A stretch of 64,000 nt of DNA from the IMG/VR virus record IMGVR_UViG_3300042542_006078. One strand, 5' to 3'. The DNA comes from a virus. Lineage: Duplodnaviria; Caudoviricetes. Below the pieces are notes generated by a model. That model saw nothing but the letters and a program-made list of their open reading frames with translations, was not told the origin of the DNA and made no database searches. Shown here piece by piece: positions 46,053 through 55,978 of this stretch (position 1 is its first letter; each line of letters opens with the position of its first letter). Made by a program: the position numbers and the translations under genes.

Positions 46053-46850
46053 ATGTTGATTAATGATGATTATCCCCCAAATAAAAACCACAACATCTCT
46101 TCCCTAGATCTTTCCTACCAACTCTCTATTCAAGAAATGGCTCTAAGCTTTCTGTCAAAACACTTTCTAAATCTTATTTTTGAAAATATGGAACATTACC
46201 TCCAAAATAAGGGTTTTGTTCCATATTTTTTGAACATGCATTTTTCTTCATCAAAAGAACATAGTAAAAATTGGGCTAGTCAGGCCATTCCTGAATTTGG
46301 CGAAAGGATGCATGACAGCTTTTCTTCCTCAGTATGCAAGTATTTGAAGAGAGACGCAAAGTTAGAAATTGACAGCTTGATTACATTTTCAAGTTGGATG
46401 ATTGATGCTGAAAAGAGAAAAATTGTCACAGGAAAATATGACAAATTAGAAGCCGAAGCTAATATGCGCCGAAGCCTTGCTGATTGCATCTCTTGGCTGA
46501 TGATTTCAATTTTGCCTTCTTATTGGAAGATTTATTTTGCTGATTCAGCAAGATATGCCACAATGGATGATCTCGACATCCCTATGACCATGATGGAAGA
46601 ATTTACTCTGGAAAATAAAATCAACATTAAAACAAATATGCAAGAATCTTTTCTAAATTTCAGCAGCCCTAAAGAAGCTTTGAGGATTAGAAATGTGATT
46701 AACACTCAATATGAATTTTTGCAAATGAAACCTCCAAATACAGAAGTTCATTGCTTTCGTAAATCAGACGACAAACTAATTACTTGGGCTAATTTCCCAA
46801 ATGAATTTACACATAAGATTTTAGACCCTAAAAATCTAATTCAAAGTTAA
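46053..46850 (+). CDS. Hypothetical protein
   Basis: 265-aa ORF in a co-directional cluster. Confidence 0.65.
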   Translation: MLINDDYPPNKNHNISSLDLSYQLSIQEMALSFLSKHFLNLIFENMEHYLQNKGFVPYFLNMHFSSSKEHSKNWASQAIPEFGERMHDSFSSSVCKYLKRDAKLEIDSLITFSSWMIDAEKRKIVTGKYDKLEAEANMRRSLADCISWLMISILPSYWKIYFADSARYATMDDLDIPMTMMEEFTLENKINIKTNMQESFLNFSSPKEALRIRNVINTQYEFLQMKPPNTEVHCFRKSDDKLITWANFPNEFTHKILDPKNLIQS

Positions 46851-46855
46851 CCATC

Positions 46856-47359
46856 ATGAAAAATGACAATCAAAATCACGAAATTGCCAAGTCTTTGCTT
46901 TCAAAGCATGGACATGCTATTCTGAGGCAAAACATTCATAAGTGGACTGATTTGAGAGAAGTGCAAAGATGTTCGGTCATTATTCCAAAAGTAGTCAAGA
47001 ATAAAATTGCAAAACTAAATCCCGAAATAAGTTGGAAAGTAAGTGATGAATTGAAGAAATTAATTTTTGAAAAATTCCCAGAAAAATGGCGGATTTTCTT
47101 TATAACAGGAAAAAGATATGCTCTTGAAAGTGATCTAATTCTTGAATCTCCTCCTTGGGATGATTATGAAAACATCTACGAGGGAATTCATGCTTATCAA
47201 ATGATTTCTTATGCCAAGGAATTTTTCAAGAGTACCGAATCTCTTGGCATTAACATTGATGTTGAAATTCAGGGAATTGATCCTGATGGAAATGTCAATC
47301 CTTACTTGAAGCTTTACAAGTCTCAAATTAAATCAATTCGCATGGGGTTTTCTATATGA
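46856..47359 (+). CDS. Hypothetical protein
   Basis: 167-aa ORF, coupled to the next gene. Confidence 0.65.
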   Translation: MKNDNQNHEIAKSLLSKHGHAILRQNIHKWTDLREVQRCSVIIPKVVKNKIAKLNPEISWKVSDELKKLIFEKFPEKWRIFFITGKRYALESDLILESPPWDDYENIYEGIHAYQMISYAKEFFKSTESLGINIDVEIQGIDPDGNVNPYLKLYKSQIKSIRMGFSI

Positions 47360-47778
47360 AGAATGAATTTGATATGATTGGTGTTACTGCTATCAAGTGT
47401 TGTCTAAAAAAAAATAGATGGGGATTTGATTATGAAGGCAAGTTTTATGACATGGCACCAGCTAATTTTACCGATTATATGCTGAATCCACTTGTAATCG
47501 GAGTTGACAGGCTTATAAATGTGGGTTGCAGCAAAAAGGGAATTGAAAACCCGGAAAAAGGAATAAACATTCTTTTTTCCCAAAATTATTTTCCTAATGC
47601 TGATGTTAAGTTCACTTATGATGAAATGAAGTTTGATGGTTGGATTTACAAGGTTGAAGAATTAAACCTGAAGGGTCTATTGCCGGGACAATGTGCTTGG
47701 ATTTGCCCCTACATGGGCTTTTATTTTAAGAATCCTCCTGATATTATGTATATCAAGATGGAATCTGTTAATCCTTAA
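47356..47778 (+). CDS. Hypothetical phage protein
   Basis: 140-aa ORF; AWICPYMGFYF..PP. Confidence 0.65.
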   Translation: MKNEFDMIGVTAIKCCLKKNRWGFDYEGKFYDMAPANFTDYMLNPLVIGVDRLINVGCSKKGIENPEKGINILFSQNYFPNADVKFTYDEMKFDGWIYKVEELNLKGLLPGQCAWICPYMGFYFKNPPDIMYIKMESVNP

Positions 47779-47796
47779 CCCTCACGGGTCGATGAC

Positions 47797-48066
47797 ATGA
47801 AAATAATTTATGAAGATTCCACCAAGATGCACCAATGCATCTTCTGTAGGAATTGGGATAATTCATGTGTTAGATTCAAGATATTTATTTCAGAAAATTC
47901 AGATCATTTTGTGGATCATGTAAAAAAGAATATTCACCCATCTTATAGAACACTTGAGACATTCAAGTGTTCTATTTGTGATCATTGTCGCAAAAAGGGA
48001 GAAGATTCAGTTATCAGAGAAATTCATGCCTACATGGATGAATACATTGGCAACGAGCATAAATAA
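47797..48066 (+). CDS. Hypothetical protein with two CxxC pairs
   Basis: CIFC...CSICDHC. Confidence 0.6.
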   Translation: MKIIYEDSTKMHQCIFCRNWDNSCVRFKIFISENSDHFVDHVKKNIHPSYRTLETFKCSICDHCRKKGEDSVIREIHAYMDEYIGNEHK

Positions 48067-48088
48067 CTTTAACCACGATGGGGGAAAC

Positions 48089-48511
48089 ATGAAGTGCTTT
48101 GTACATCTAGGTTTCGATCCTCTTCCAAAACAAGTTGATTCACCAGCTAAAGCAATTAATCTTGCAGAAGCTGTTCTTAAAGCAGAAAGCGAAGAAGAGC
48201 CTGACAGTAAAATGTTCATTCAATGGAGAAGGGACGAATTTTATCCGAATAATTTTCATGAATACAATATTGAAATATTACAAAAAGAATTGTCTTCAAA
48301 GGGATCAGTCGTTTTGCAGCTTGTTGACATCAACAATGAATTGCCATCATTAGGAAGATCAATCACAATTTTCACAGAAGAAGTTGAAAAAAAGTATGCA
48401 GAAGAAGCTGAAAACGCACTAGAAGAAGCCGAAGATGGCATGGAAATAAAAGCTTTAGATTTGCACGGTGAATCATTCTTGAGGCGTAGAACCCACTACA
48501 AAAAAAAATAA
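48089..48511 (+). CDS. Hypothetical protein (likely start MKCFVHLG)
   Basis: GGGGA RBS before ATG 48089, inside ORF 47954..48511. Confidence 0.6.
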   Translation: MKCFVHLGFDPLPKQVDSPAKAINLAEAVLKAESEEEPDSKMFIQWRRDEFYPNNFHEYNIEILQKELSSKGSVVLQLVDINNELPSLGRSITIFTEEVEKKYAEEAENALEEAEDGMEIKALDLHGESFLRRRTHYKKK

Positions 48512-48604
48512 ATTTTTCAAATTAGACCTTGCAATCGAACAATAAAATTATAGATTATCTTCATAGACGGCACTGGGCCGTTTTTGGCCACCCGTACTTG
48601 ACAG

Positions 48605-49282
48605 ATGGAATCTAGACGGGTAAAGATCGCAAGAGAGGGAATTCGCATGAATCGTTTCTCTTCAGTATTTGGAAATTGGGTAGGCATAGCATCAGCTTTT
48701 GCCGTGACATGTAGCATCGGCTACAACATTTTCCAAACAAATCAAATTACCAGATTGAAAGAAATCAACGAAATCTTCAAAGCGAAGGATTCGTTGATGA
48801 ATGACAGTCTTAACGAAATTCTGATGGCCAGAATCAGCGAAATTCGTGACAACATGTCCGAAATTAATCGCAATCAGGGTAAAGTAGAAGGCATGGTCGC
48901 AGCCTCAATGAATATTGCTCCCGAACAAAATCAGACAAGCGCAATTTGGCACGAAGGTTACTATCGTGGCTTGAAGCAGGTTGGCGAAGTGGAAGAATCT
49001 GCTTACATTGCTGGTTACCATCGTGCTACTGACGACATGGGTTGCCCAGCAAGCGTTCGTGATAAAATGAACGCAGAAGCCCCTCGTAAATATCAACTCG
49101 ACAAGCAAATTGATGCTGAGAGCGAACAATTTAATATGGCCTTGGAAGAAGCCGAAAAGCGCCGTAAGAACATTGAGAATATGAAAAAGAACAGTCAGGC
49201 TAATCCTAACCCTCAGGAAAAAGAATCAAAGCCTGAGTCGAAGCCTGAAACTAAACCAAGCAGCGAAACCCAAACCAAGTAG
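48605..49282 (+). CDS. Membrane-anchored coiled-coil protein
   Basis: N-terminal hydrophobic helix and heptad region. Confidence 0.65.
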   Translation: MESRRVKIAREGIRMNRFSSVFGNWVGIASAFAVTCSIGYNIFQTNQITRLKEINEIFKAKDSLMNDSLNEILMARISEIRDNMSEINRNQGKVEGMVAASMNIAPEQNQTSAIWHEGYYRGLKQVGEVEESAYIAGYHRATDDMGCPASVRDKMNAEAPRKYQLDKQIDAESEQFNMALEEAEKRRKNIENMKKNSQANPNPQEKESKPESKPETKPSSETQTK

Positions 49283-49292
49283 AGGAATCGAC

Positions 49293-49553
49293 ATGGCCAA
49301 GGTCACTATTACTTTTGAAGACAAGAACGAAGGTGTCAGTGTTGAGGTTCAATCTGACCCTCCATTTCCCGAGAAGATGGAAGAAAACGCCATGGAATTG
49401 ACAGATGCCCAGCAAATGGCTTTGTCTTTGACTATGATGTTCGATCAACAAATGCAAGAAGAAAACCAGAACCAGCAAGATTCGGAAGAAACAGTCAAAA
49501 ATCAGTGCTGCGGTGGTGGAAAGTGTCAAAGACCAAAGCAGACTGAAACTTGA
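49293..49553 (+). CDS. Small acidic hypothetical protein
   Basis: GAGG RBS; terminator at about 49573-49606. Confidence 0.7.
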   Translation: MAKVTITFEDKNEGVSVEVQSDPPFPEKMEENAMELTDAQQMALSLTMMFDQQMQEENQNQQDSEETVKNQCCGGGKCQRPKQTET

Positions 49554-49669
49554 AATCCACACCAAAATGGTTAAGGGGGAAGATCCGATGATCTTCCCCC
49601 TCTTATTTTTTTTAATTATTTAACTTTAATGATGAAGGCATTATCTATTATTTTTAAGAGAAAATTATC

Positions 49670-50050
49670 ATGATAACTAATTTCATGTATCCAGATAAAA
49701 AGAAAGTCAAATACACAATTGAAATTCCTCCAGAACCTCAACTTTTTGATAATTTTGAATTATTTAGACTTTTCACATGTTTAGGATGCTTCACAAGCCT
49801 CATAATTTTTGAAAATTATTTACTTGCTTTTTTTATCTTAGCAGTATGTGGTTTTTTGGCTACATGCATTTGGATAAGCACAATCAGAATAATGAGAATT
49901 AAGAAAAGAATATCATACCTCAAAATCATGAAAAAAATTTACGACACTCCTGTTCTCACCCAAGATGAAAATATTGCCACTTACAAATTTCTAGCACCAT
50001 CAGAAAAGCTGGTAAAGGAAATTCTCTATCTCAATAAAATATTGGACTAA
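49670..50050 (+). CDS. Two-TM hypothetical membrane protein
   Basis: Two adjacent hydrophobic helices. Confidence 0.6.
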   Translation: MITNFMYPDKKKVKYTIEIPPEPQLFDNFELFRLFTCLGCFTSLIIFENYLLAFFILAVCGFLATCIWISTIRIMRIKKRISYLKIMKKIYDTPVLTQDENIATYKFLAPSEKLVKEILYLNKILD

Positions 50051-50403
50051 TTTTGGCTGTCTTTGCTTTTAATCAACAACTCACCAAGAACTTCAAGCTT
50101 TCCGACAAGCTCTTGAAACTTAGTCTGATTCATTTCTTCAATATTTTCCATGTGGCCATGCAATTCAGTGCATGTCTTGACATATTCTTTTTTCATGTTG
50201 TCGAAATCAAAAACACCATTCGCTACTTTTGAATAAACTGGTAATTTAACCTTGAAATGATGATAAGTCAGCATTGCTGCTCCACCCTTTTCCTTTGCAC
50301 CATTAACAATCTTTTCAGCACCAGATCCACGCTTCTCGGCAAAATCTTGCATTTGCTCAGATGCGCTTTCATTCAAACCACTCAATTTTAACCATGCGTA
50401 CAT
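50047..50403 (-). CDS. Phage protein with LSGLNE leader
   Basis: MYAWLKLSGLNE; TAAATA directly before ATG. Confidence 0.7.
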   Translation of the reverse strand: MYAWLKLSGLNESASEQMQDFAEKRGSGAEKIVNGAKEKGGAAMLTYHHFKVKLPVYSKVANGVFDFDNMKKEYVKTCTELHGHMENIEEMNQTKFQELVGKLEVLGELLIKSKDSQN

Positions 50404-50645
50404 TATTTACCTCTTCTTTTTTTGATTGCTGAAAAGCAAAATAAAATAGGAATTAAACCAAGAAAATTAACAGGAAATGTCGGAACAACCGAAATCCACC
50501 ATATTCCAACTAAAATAACAGGAACAGATAAAAACCAAACAATCCAATTAGGCACAATTGAAACAAAACTTAGGCAATATAAAAATGGGCCAGAAAAAAT
50601 TACAATTAGAAAAATCAAGGCAACCAATAATGCCAAACTTGCCAT
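50403..50645 (-). CDS. Small three-TM membrane protein
   Basis: Three hydrophobic segments and a basic C-tail. Confidence 0.65.
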   Translation of the reverse strand: MASLALLVALIFLIVIFSGPFLYCLSFVSIVPNWIVWFLSVPVILVGIWWISVVPTFPVNFLGLIPILFCFSAIKKRRGK

Positions 50646-50715
50646 AAATACTCCAAAAAATTAATTTCTTGCCACTCTATTTATGTGGCAAAAAATATTT
50701 TAGTTTGGGTAAAAC

Positions 50716-51294
50716 ATGACACCAAAATTCACATCAGATTGGTTTTCTCATCATATTTCAGATTGGGAAATGTGGCTTCGTGATTTCAAGAATTTACCTC
50801 ATTTAGATTTTTTAGAAATTGGCAGTTACGAAGGAAGGTCGGCAGTTTGGCTACTGGACAATATAATTCAAAATGAAACATGTAAAATAACATGCATTGA
50901 TCAATTCGTTGATGACGATTATGAAAAAATTAACAATAAACCACTTAGAAAACAGTTTATGGAAAATTTAGGGCCATATATTGAAAAAGGTAAGATTACA
51001 ATTTTTCAAAATCAAAGTTTTGATGCTCTCTCGGAACTCATAAGATCAGGAAAGCAATATGATTTCATCTACATTGATGGATGTCATATGGCCAAATCTG
51101 TAATGGAAGATGCCATCTTATCTTTCAAACTTCTTAAAAAAAATGGAATTATGATCTTTGATGATAATAATTGGAATGTAAAACAAAATATACATGAATG
51201 TCCAAGATTAGCAATAAACTCTTTCATGAGTGTTTATTCTTGGTACACTAAAATAATTTACTGTGGCGATCAATTAGTAGTAAGAAAAATATGA
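50716..51294 (+). CDS. Class I SAM-dependent methyltransferase (Methyltransf_24-like)
   Basis: FLEIGSYEGRS, YDFIYIDGCH, GIMIFDD. Confidence 0.9.
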   Translation: MTPKFTSDWFSHHISDWEMWLRDFKNLPHLDFLEIGSYEGRSAVWLLDNIIQNETCKITCIDQFVDDDYEKINNKPLRKQFMENLGPYIEKGKITIFQNQSFDALSELIRSGKQYDFIYIDGCHMAKSVMEDAILSFKLLKKNGIMIFDDNNWNVKQNIHECPRLAINSFMSVYSWYTKIIYCGDQLVVRKI

Positions 51295-52001
51295 TTAGTT
51301 TAATTGTACCTGTAATGAATAGAACAGATAGGATTGTTCCCTGTCTTTCAACTTGGATTGAACAAGAAGAAATAGACGAAGTATTAATCGTTGACTGGTC
51401 GTCAACACATCCAATCAACCAAGATCAATCTGTAAAAGAAATTACAGATCACCCTAAGACCAAGATTGTTCGTGTCGATGATGAAGAATATTTTATCTCA
51501 ATGAGCTTTTCTCTCAATGTTGGGTTAGAAAATGCCACTCATGACCATGTCTTAAAATGCGATATTGACTATAAATTGACAAACCCAGAAATTCTTAAAA
51601 TATTCAAAAGAGAACAAAATAAAAACCAATTTTATTGCGGAACCGTTCCAAAAAAGTGGGACTTTCATGGTTTTTCTTTTTTCAATAAACAACACGCTTT
51701 GAATATTGAAGGATATAATGAAAAAATCCGTGGATGGGGATGGGACGATGAAGACTTCTATAGAAGAATGGAAAAACAAGGACTAGAAAGAATAGTCATC
51801 ATGAATATTGAAGAATTTCTTTACCATATTCCACATGATGATTCGCTTAGAACAGCCAATTATCCCCAAGATCAACAAAATAAAAATCAAACAAATAGGC
51901 AAAATTCACTTATATCCCAAGAATTTAGTTGTGGCTGTCTATCAACATACCAAATACTTATTGACACACCAAAATACAAGGAAATTATCAGAAAAAAATG
52001 A
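51291..52001 (+). CDS. Glycosyltransferase (GT2 N-terminus with galactosyltransferase-C-like region)
   Basis: LIVDWSS, LKCDID, GYNEKIRGWGWDDEDF. Confidence 0.85.
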   Translation: MISLIVPVMNRTDRIVPCLSTWIEQEEIDEVLIVDWSSTHPINQDQSVKEITDHPKTKIVRVDDEEYFISMSFSLNVGLENATHDHVLKCDIDYKLTNPEILKIFKREQNKNQFYCGTVPKKWDFHGFSFFNKQHALNIEGYNEKIRGWGWDDEDFYRRMEKQGLERIVIMNIEEFLYHIPHDDSLRTANYPQDQQNKNQTNRQNSLISQEFSCGCLSTYQILIDTPKYKEIIRKK

Positions 52002-52852
52002 AACCCCTTCTCGTTACAGTAACTGGACACAGAACCAATACTCTCAAACATCAACTCATGCACTACAAGAATGAAATCAAAGATGCATTCATTGTCGCAT
52101 ATGAACATGAAAATTCTGACAAATCAACAAAAGAAGAAGTAGAAGAAATAGCAAAAGAACAAGGATTCAAAATCCACACAGTCAGAACTCATAGACCATT
52201 CGACTGGGAACAAGTTACAAATATATACAATGAAATAAAAGATAAGTATCCAGATGATTGGTGGATAATATCTGATGATGATGAGCTTCAAATTTATTGG
52301 GAGCCTATAGAAGATCTTATCCAAGACTGTGAAAAACATGGATGGGAATATGTATCAGGAGGATTCGTTGATAGAATCGGCCTAGAAGGCACTTTTCCTG
52401 AAATCAATCCTGAATCAAACCTTTGGGAAACATTCCCAGTAGCAGCCTTTTTTCGCTATCCATTAAGCAAAGCATGTCCCAACAAGACCTGCTTGGCAAA
52501 AGGCAGAATAAAAGTGTCTAACGGCCAACATTACATCAAGGAAGGCCAAAATGTAGTATGGGGAGCTAAAGGATGGCTTCACCCGAAAAGATACCCTGTC
52601 AATCGAAATTTCGTCCAAGTTCACCACTTCAAGTGGGACGACACAGTATTTCAAAGACTTCTCGATGTTGCCAATGTCAAACAAAAATATGCATACTCAG
52701 AAGAATATCAACTGATGTATGATTCTATCAAGAACAACAACTTTAGGATCGATATAAATAATTCTAATTTCTTTGCTATGAACATTCCTGAGAAAAATTA
52801 TCAAGCATACACGCATTGGGGAAGGCTGAAAAACCTCATTTTACATATTTGA
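51998..52852 (+). CDS. Glycosyltransferase family 2-like protein
   Basis: WWIISDDDE, GGFVDR, HHFKW. Confidence 0.75.
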   Translation: MKPLLVTVTGHRTNTLKHQLMHYKNEIKDAFIVAYEHENSDKSTKEEVEEIAKEQGFKIHTVRTHRPFDWEQVTNIYNEIKDKYPDDWWIISDDDELQIYWEPIEDLIQDCEKHGWEYVSGGFVDRIGLEGTFPEINPESNLWETFPVAAFFRYPLSKACPNKTCLAKGRIKVSNGQHYIKEGQNVVWGAKGWLHPKRYPVNRNFVQVHHFKWDDTVFQRLLDVANVKQKYAYSEEYQLMYDSIKNNNFRIDINNSNFFAMNIPEKNYQAYTHWGRLKNLILHI

Positions 52853-52906
52853 CAAACAGAAGTATGTCGTGAAAGAGTCAATTCAACAAACCAAGAGTAA
52901 TTAAAA

Positions 52907-53275
52907 ATGGTTTACCCATCAATCGGAATCGACATCGACGGCTGCATCACCGATTTCCCAATCTTCTTCCAAGTTTTGTCAAGTTCTTGGCCGGGCAAGG
53001 TATTTATCATTACGATGAGATTCAGAAAAGATGATACAGAATTATTCCTCAAAAATAAAAATATACGATTCGACCAAATACACATGGTCAATTCATTTGC
53101 TGAAAAAGGCAATATTATCAGAAACTATGGAATATCAGCTTTCTTTGATGATCAGCCAGAAATCCTAAAGTCAATTACTCCAAACTGTGCATGCTTCCTC
53201 GTCAGAAACGAAGGGAACTTTGACTTTGAAAGAAATAAATTCACCATGTCTAGCAACACAGCAGATGTGATCTAA
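52907..53275 (+). CDS. HAD-superfamily phosphatase-like protein
   Basis: IGIDIDGCIT, IIT.R and FFDD. Confidence 0.75.
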   Translation: MVYPSIGIDIDGCITDFPIFFQVLSSSWPGKVFIITMRFRKDDTELFLKNKNIRFDQIHMVNSFAEKGNIIRNYGISAFFDDQPEILKSITPNCACFLVRNEGNFDFERNKFTMSSNTADVI

Positions 53276-53312
53276 ATTATTTTCCAGCAAATCAAATTTT
53301 ACAAACCCGTCC

Positions 53313-54398
53313 TTGTTTGAAGGACGGAAGGAGAGAAAGCACACCATGAAGAGTATTTTTGTCAAATGGCTTGAAATTTATAGTCGAGACGAAAAAAAGT
53401 TTAACTTATTGGCCAAAAAAATTATTGGTCAAGATGCACCGCCAATTCAAGCATATGGTTGGGTTTACACAGACCCAGAAAAAGACTCAAAAACACATAT
53501 AATTGGTTACATGAACAAAAGGTCAAGCAACAAAGCTATGACCGGAAATATAAGTTTTATGGCAGCATGCCGAGCCCTTTTGGAAATATCTGGCAATCGT
53601 GATGCACAAGCCGAAATCAGGAATATCGTATACCTTCATGAATTACGCAAATTTGGCTTTCATGAATTGAATCTAAGCATCGATCAGGCTGTTGGTCTTA
53701 TCAATACAGATGTCAATCTAGATGTAGATGAATTCACATCCATGTTTCCTCTCATGGTTGTCAATTTCCCAGATGAACTTAGGCAAGTTTATTTGGAAAA
53801 AAATCAATTTTTTCCAAGCATCGCATTTGTTCGACATGAACCACAACAGGGAATGCTCCTCATAGAATTTATCCACCATTTTCAAGATTGGGACAATGTA
53901 TCAAACGGTTGCCTTACCTTTTTCAGCAAGAAAAACAATAACATTTTTGATACAATTCAGGAAAAACTGAATTGGGATGAGACAAAATCCGTCATGAGGC
54001 CAGAAAGTATAGATGCTGCAAAACTTGCCATCAACAGCATTCTTCTCGCCCAAAGAACCAATAACATGGTCAGAATCGATAAAAATCAAAACGATCCAAT
54101 ACAACAACAATTCAAACGCACCATGAGGGGAACTGGAAACCTTGGTAAAATTACAGAAGCAACATTTTGGTCATTCCAGCCAAACCTAAAGACTTTCAAC
54201 TCCCAGCAAGAATCTAGGTCTGGAGAAGAAAAGGGCAAAATTGTTCGTCCACACTGGAGGAGAGGACATTGGAGAAGAGTTGCACATGGAGAGAAAAGAA
54301 TCGAAAGAAAATGGATGCACTTTCCAGCAGTTTTTGTAAACGCAGAAAGATTCGATGGGAAAATGAATCAGACTTTCACATCACATAATCTAAATTGA
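53313..54398 (+). CDS. Phage hypothetical protein with C-terminal RPHWRRGHWR motif
   Basis: VRPHWRRGHWRRVAHG...WMHFPAVFVN. Confidence 0.75.
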   Translation: MFEGRKERKHTMKSIFVKWLEIYSRDEKKFNLLAKKIIGQDAPPIQAYGWVYTDPEKDSKTHIIGYMNKRSSNKAMTGNISFMAACRALLEISGNRDAQAEIRNIVYLHELRKFGFHELNLSIDQAVGLINTDVNLDVDEFTSMFPLMVVNFPDELRQVYLEKNQFFPSIAFVRHEPQQGMLLIEFIHHFQDWDNVSNGCLTFFSKKNNNIFDTIQEKLNWDETKSVMRPESIDAAKLAINSILLAQRTNNMVRIDKNQNDPIQQQFKRTMRGTGNLGKITEATFWSFQPNLKTFNSQQESRSGEEKGKIVRPHWRRGHWRRVAHGEKRIERKWMHFPAVFVNAERFDGKMNQTFTSHNLN

Positions 54399-54401
54399 CA
54401 A

Positions 54402-55196
54402 TCAAACGCTCTTCCATCTTGGAAGTCCAATCTTTGCACGATTTTTTTGAATCTGAGCCAGAGCGGACAAAGGATCAAATCCCTTTGGCTCATTAGGTCC
54501 AAGGTCTGGTATTACAACCCGTCCTTTGTACATTCCTATATTTGTCGGACCTGCATCATCATGCTTGAAACCAGTAGCCCCGTACAACATTGACAAAGTA
54601 TCCATCATGACAAGCATGTGTGGAAGCAAATCATCATTTCCACCATTATCACGCAAAGTTTTCAAACACAAATCTTCCCTCTCTTTTTCCGATGAAGGAA
54701 ATCCGTCCATTTCAGGATTTTCATCTATAAGAACAGTCATGAAATCTGCTGCTTTACGCATTTCTTGTGGAACACCAATTGTATCAACCCAATGCTGTAA
54801 AATAGCGTAAATGTTGTCTCCAAGATATTTGACAGCAACAATTGGCGCTGGGACATCATCCCTTCCAGCAACCATTGTCGCCACATTCGCCTCAACCCTA
54901 TTGGCAGACATCTTGACAACATGGTCAATTAGAAAATAACAACGACCTGCACCACCATCAGCATATGAAGGAGGAATTTCATCCGGCAATTCAACATTTA
55001 GACTTTTAAGCCAAGGAATTAAAGGGGAATTAGGATCAGTCCAATACTTCAAAGTCTCATCATGAGCTTTTCCCTCAGTTTTCATCTTGGACTTGCTAAA
55101 CTTTGGAATGACAAATAAATTGCTCATCAACTTGGACAATTTTCCAACCTTGTCCTTCATCTCGCTTTTTGCAACGAATTCTCTGAATGTAGTCAT
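54402..55196 (-). CDS. Protein-kinase-like (PKL fold) protein with capsid-targeting-like leader
   Basis: Likely start MTTFREFVAKSE; GGAGRCY, VVKMS, HDDAGPTNIG, IPDLG. Confidence 0.75.
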   Translation of the reverse strand: MTTFREFVAKSEMKDKVGKLSKLMSNLFVIPKFSKSKMKTEGKAHDETLKYWTDPNSPLIPWLKSLNVELPDEIPPSYADGGAGRCYFLIDHVVKMSANRVEANVATMVAGRDDVPAPIVAVKYLGDNIYAILQHWVDTIGVPQEMRKAADFMTVLIDENPEMDGFPSSEKEREDLCLKTLRDNGGNDDLLPHMLVMMDTLSMLYGATGFKHDDAGPTNIGMYKGRVVIPDLGPNEPKGFDPLSALAQIQKNRAKIGLPRWKSV

Positions 55197-55274
55197 AATT
55201 TTATTTACTAAATAATAACCAATTTCTTCACATAAAACCTTATATAATACAATCATATTCATCAAGGATTATTC

Positions 55275-55424
55275 ATGTCGCAAGAAAGTCTTCATTATAT
55301 TCAGTATCTTTCAGGAATTATTTCTGAAGAAAAATTCTACGAAATTGAAGAACAATTTAATGAAGGATTGGCCAGAAATCTTTTGGGGGCAGGCGCTCTT
55401 GCAATGGGAAGTCTTTTCGGAGGC
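55275..55424 (+). repeat. 150-bp N-terminal cassette, near-identical to 55979..56128
   Basis: Direct comparison of the two 5' ends. Confidence 0.92.
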
Positions 55425-55907
55425 GAAGCTTCAGCCCAAAGCGGAAGAGATCAAATTGATGCCATAAAGAACAAAATCTCTGATCATGAAGCGACTGAAA
55501 ATGCAATAGAACTATTAAAGGATGGAAAATTAGATTTTCTTTTAATTAAAACTAATTTGACAGATAAAGAAAATAATTTTATCAATAAGATTGAGTATAT
55601 CGTAAAAAAAAATCCACATGTTGCATTAGACATATTAAAAGAAAAACAGAAACAATTTTATTTGCAGTCTACACAAAAGGAAATAGATCAAGGTGGACTT
55701 GATCTAAATGATCCTGTTGTCAAATTGATATTTAAGCTATTTCCACAGTTCAAAAAAGCTATGGAAAAAGGTGGAAAAAATTGGGTTGAACTTGAAGGTC
55801 CAAGCACTTTATATGATCTTCAAAAGGAAAAAGACATAAAATGGAAGCAAGAAGATTTAGGTAAACTTTTAAGAAAATCAATAGAAGGCAATTTGCCTAA
55901 TCGTTAA
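55275..55907 (+). CDS. Phage protein, shared 50-aa leader paralog 1
   Basis: MSQESLHYIQYLSGIISEE...NEGLARNLLGAGALAMGSLFGGEASAQ. Confidence 0.8.
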   Translation: MSQESLHYIQYLSGIISEEKFYEIEEQFNEGLARNLLGAGALAMGSLFGGEASAQSGRDQIDAIKNKISDHEATENAIELLKDGKLDFLLIKTNLTDKENNFINKIEYIVKKNPHVALDILKEKQKQFYLQSTQKEIDQGGLDLNDPVVKLIFKLFPQFKKAMEKGGKNWVELEGPSTLYDLQKEKDIKWKQEDLGKLLRKSIEGNLPNR

Positions 55908-55978
55908 AATTTTAATTTAGCACAATTAAAATTAAAAAAAAACCCTAAATATAACAAACCTATTTACGAGGGTAAAAA

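Noticed and set aside
48605-50645. Holin/spanin lysis cassette from the membrane proteins here
   Set aside because: No endolysin or lipobox evident and orientations are mixed; support is insufficient
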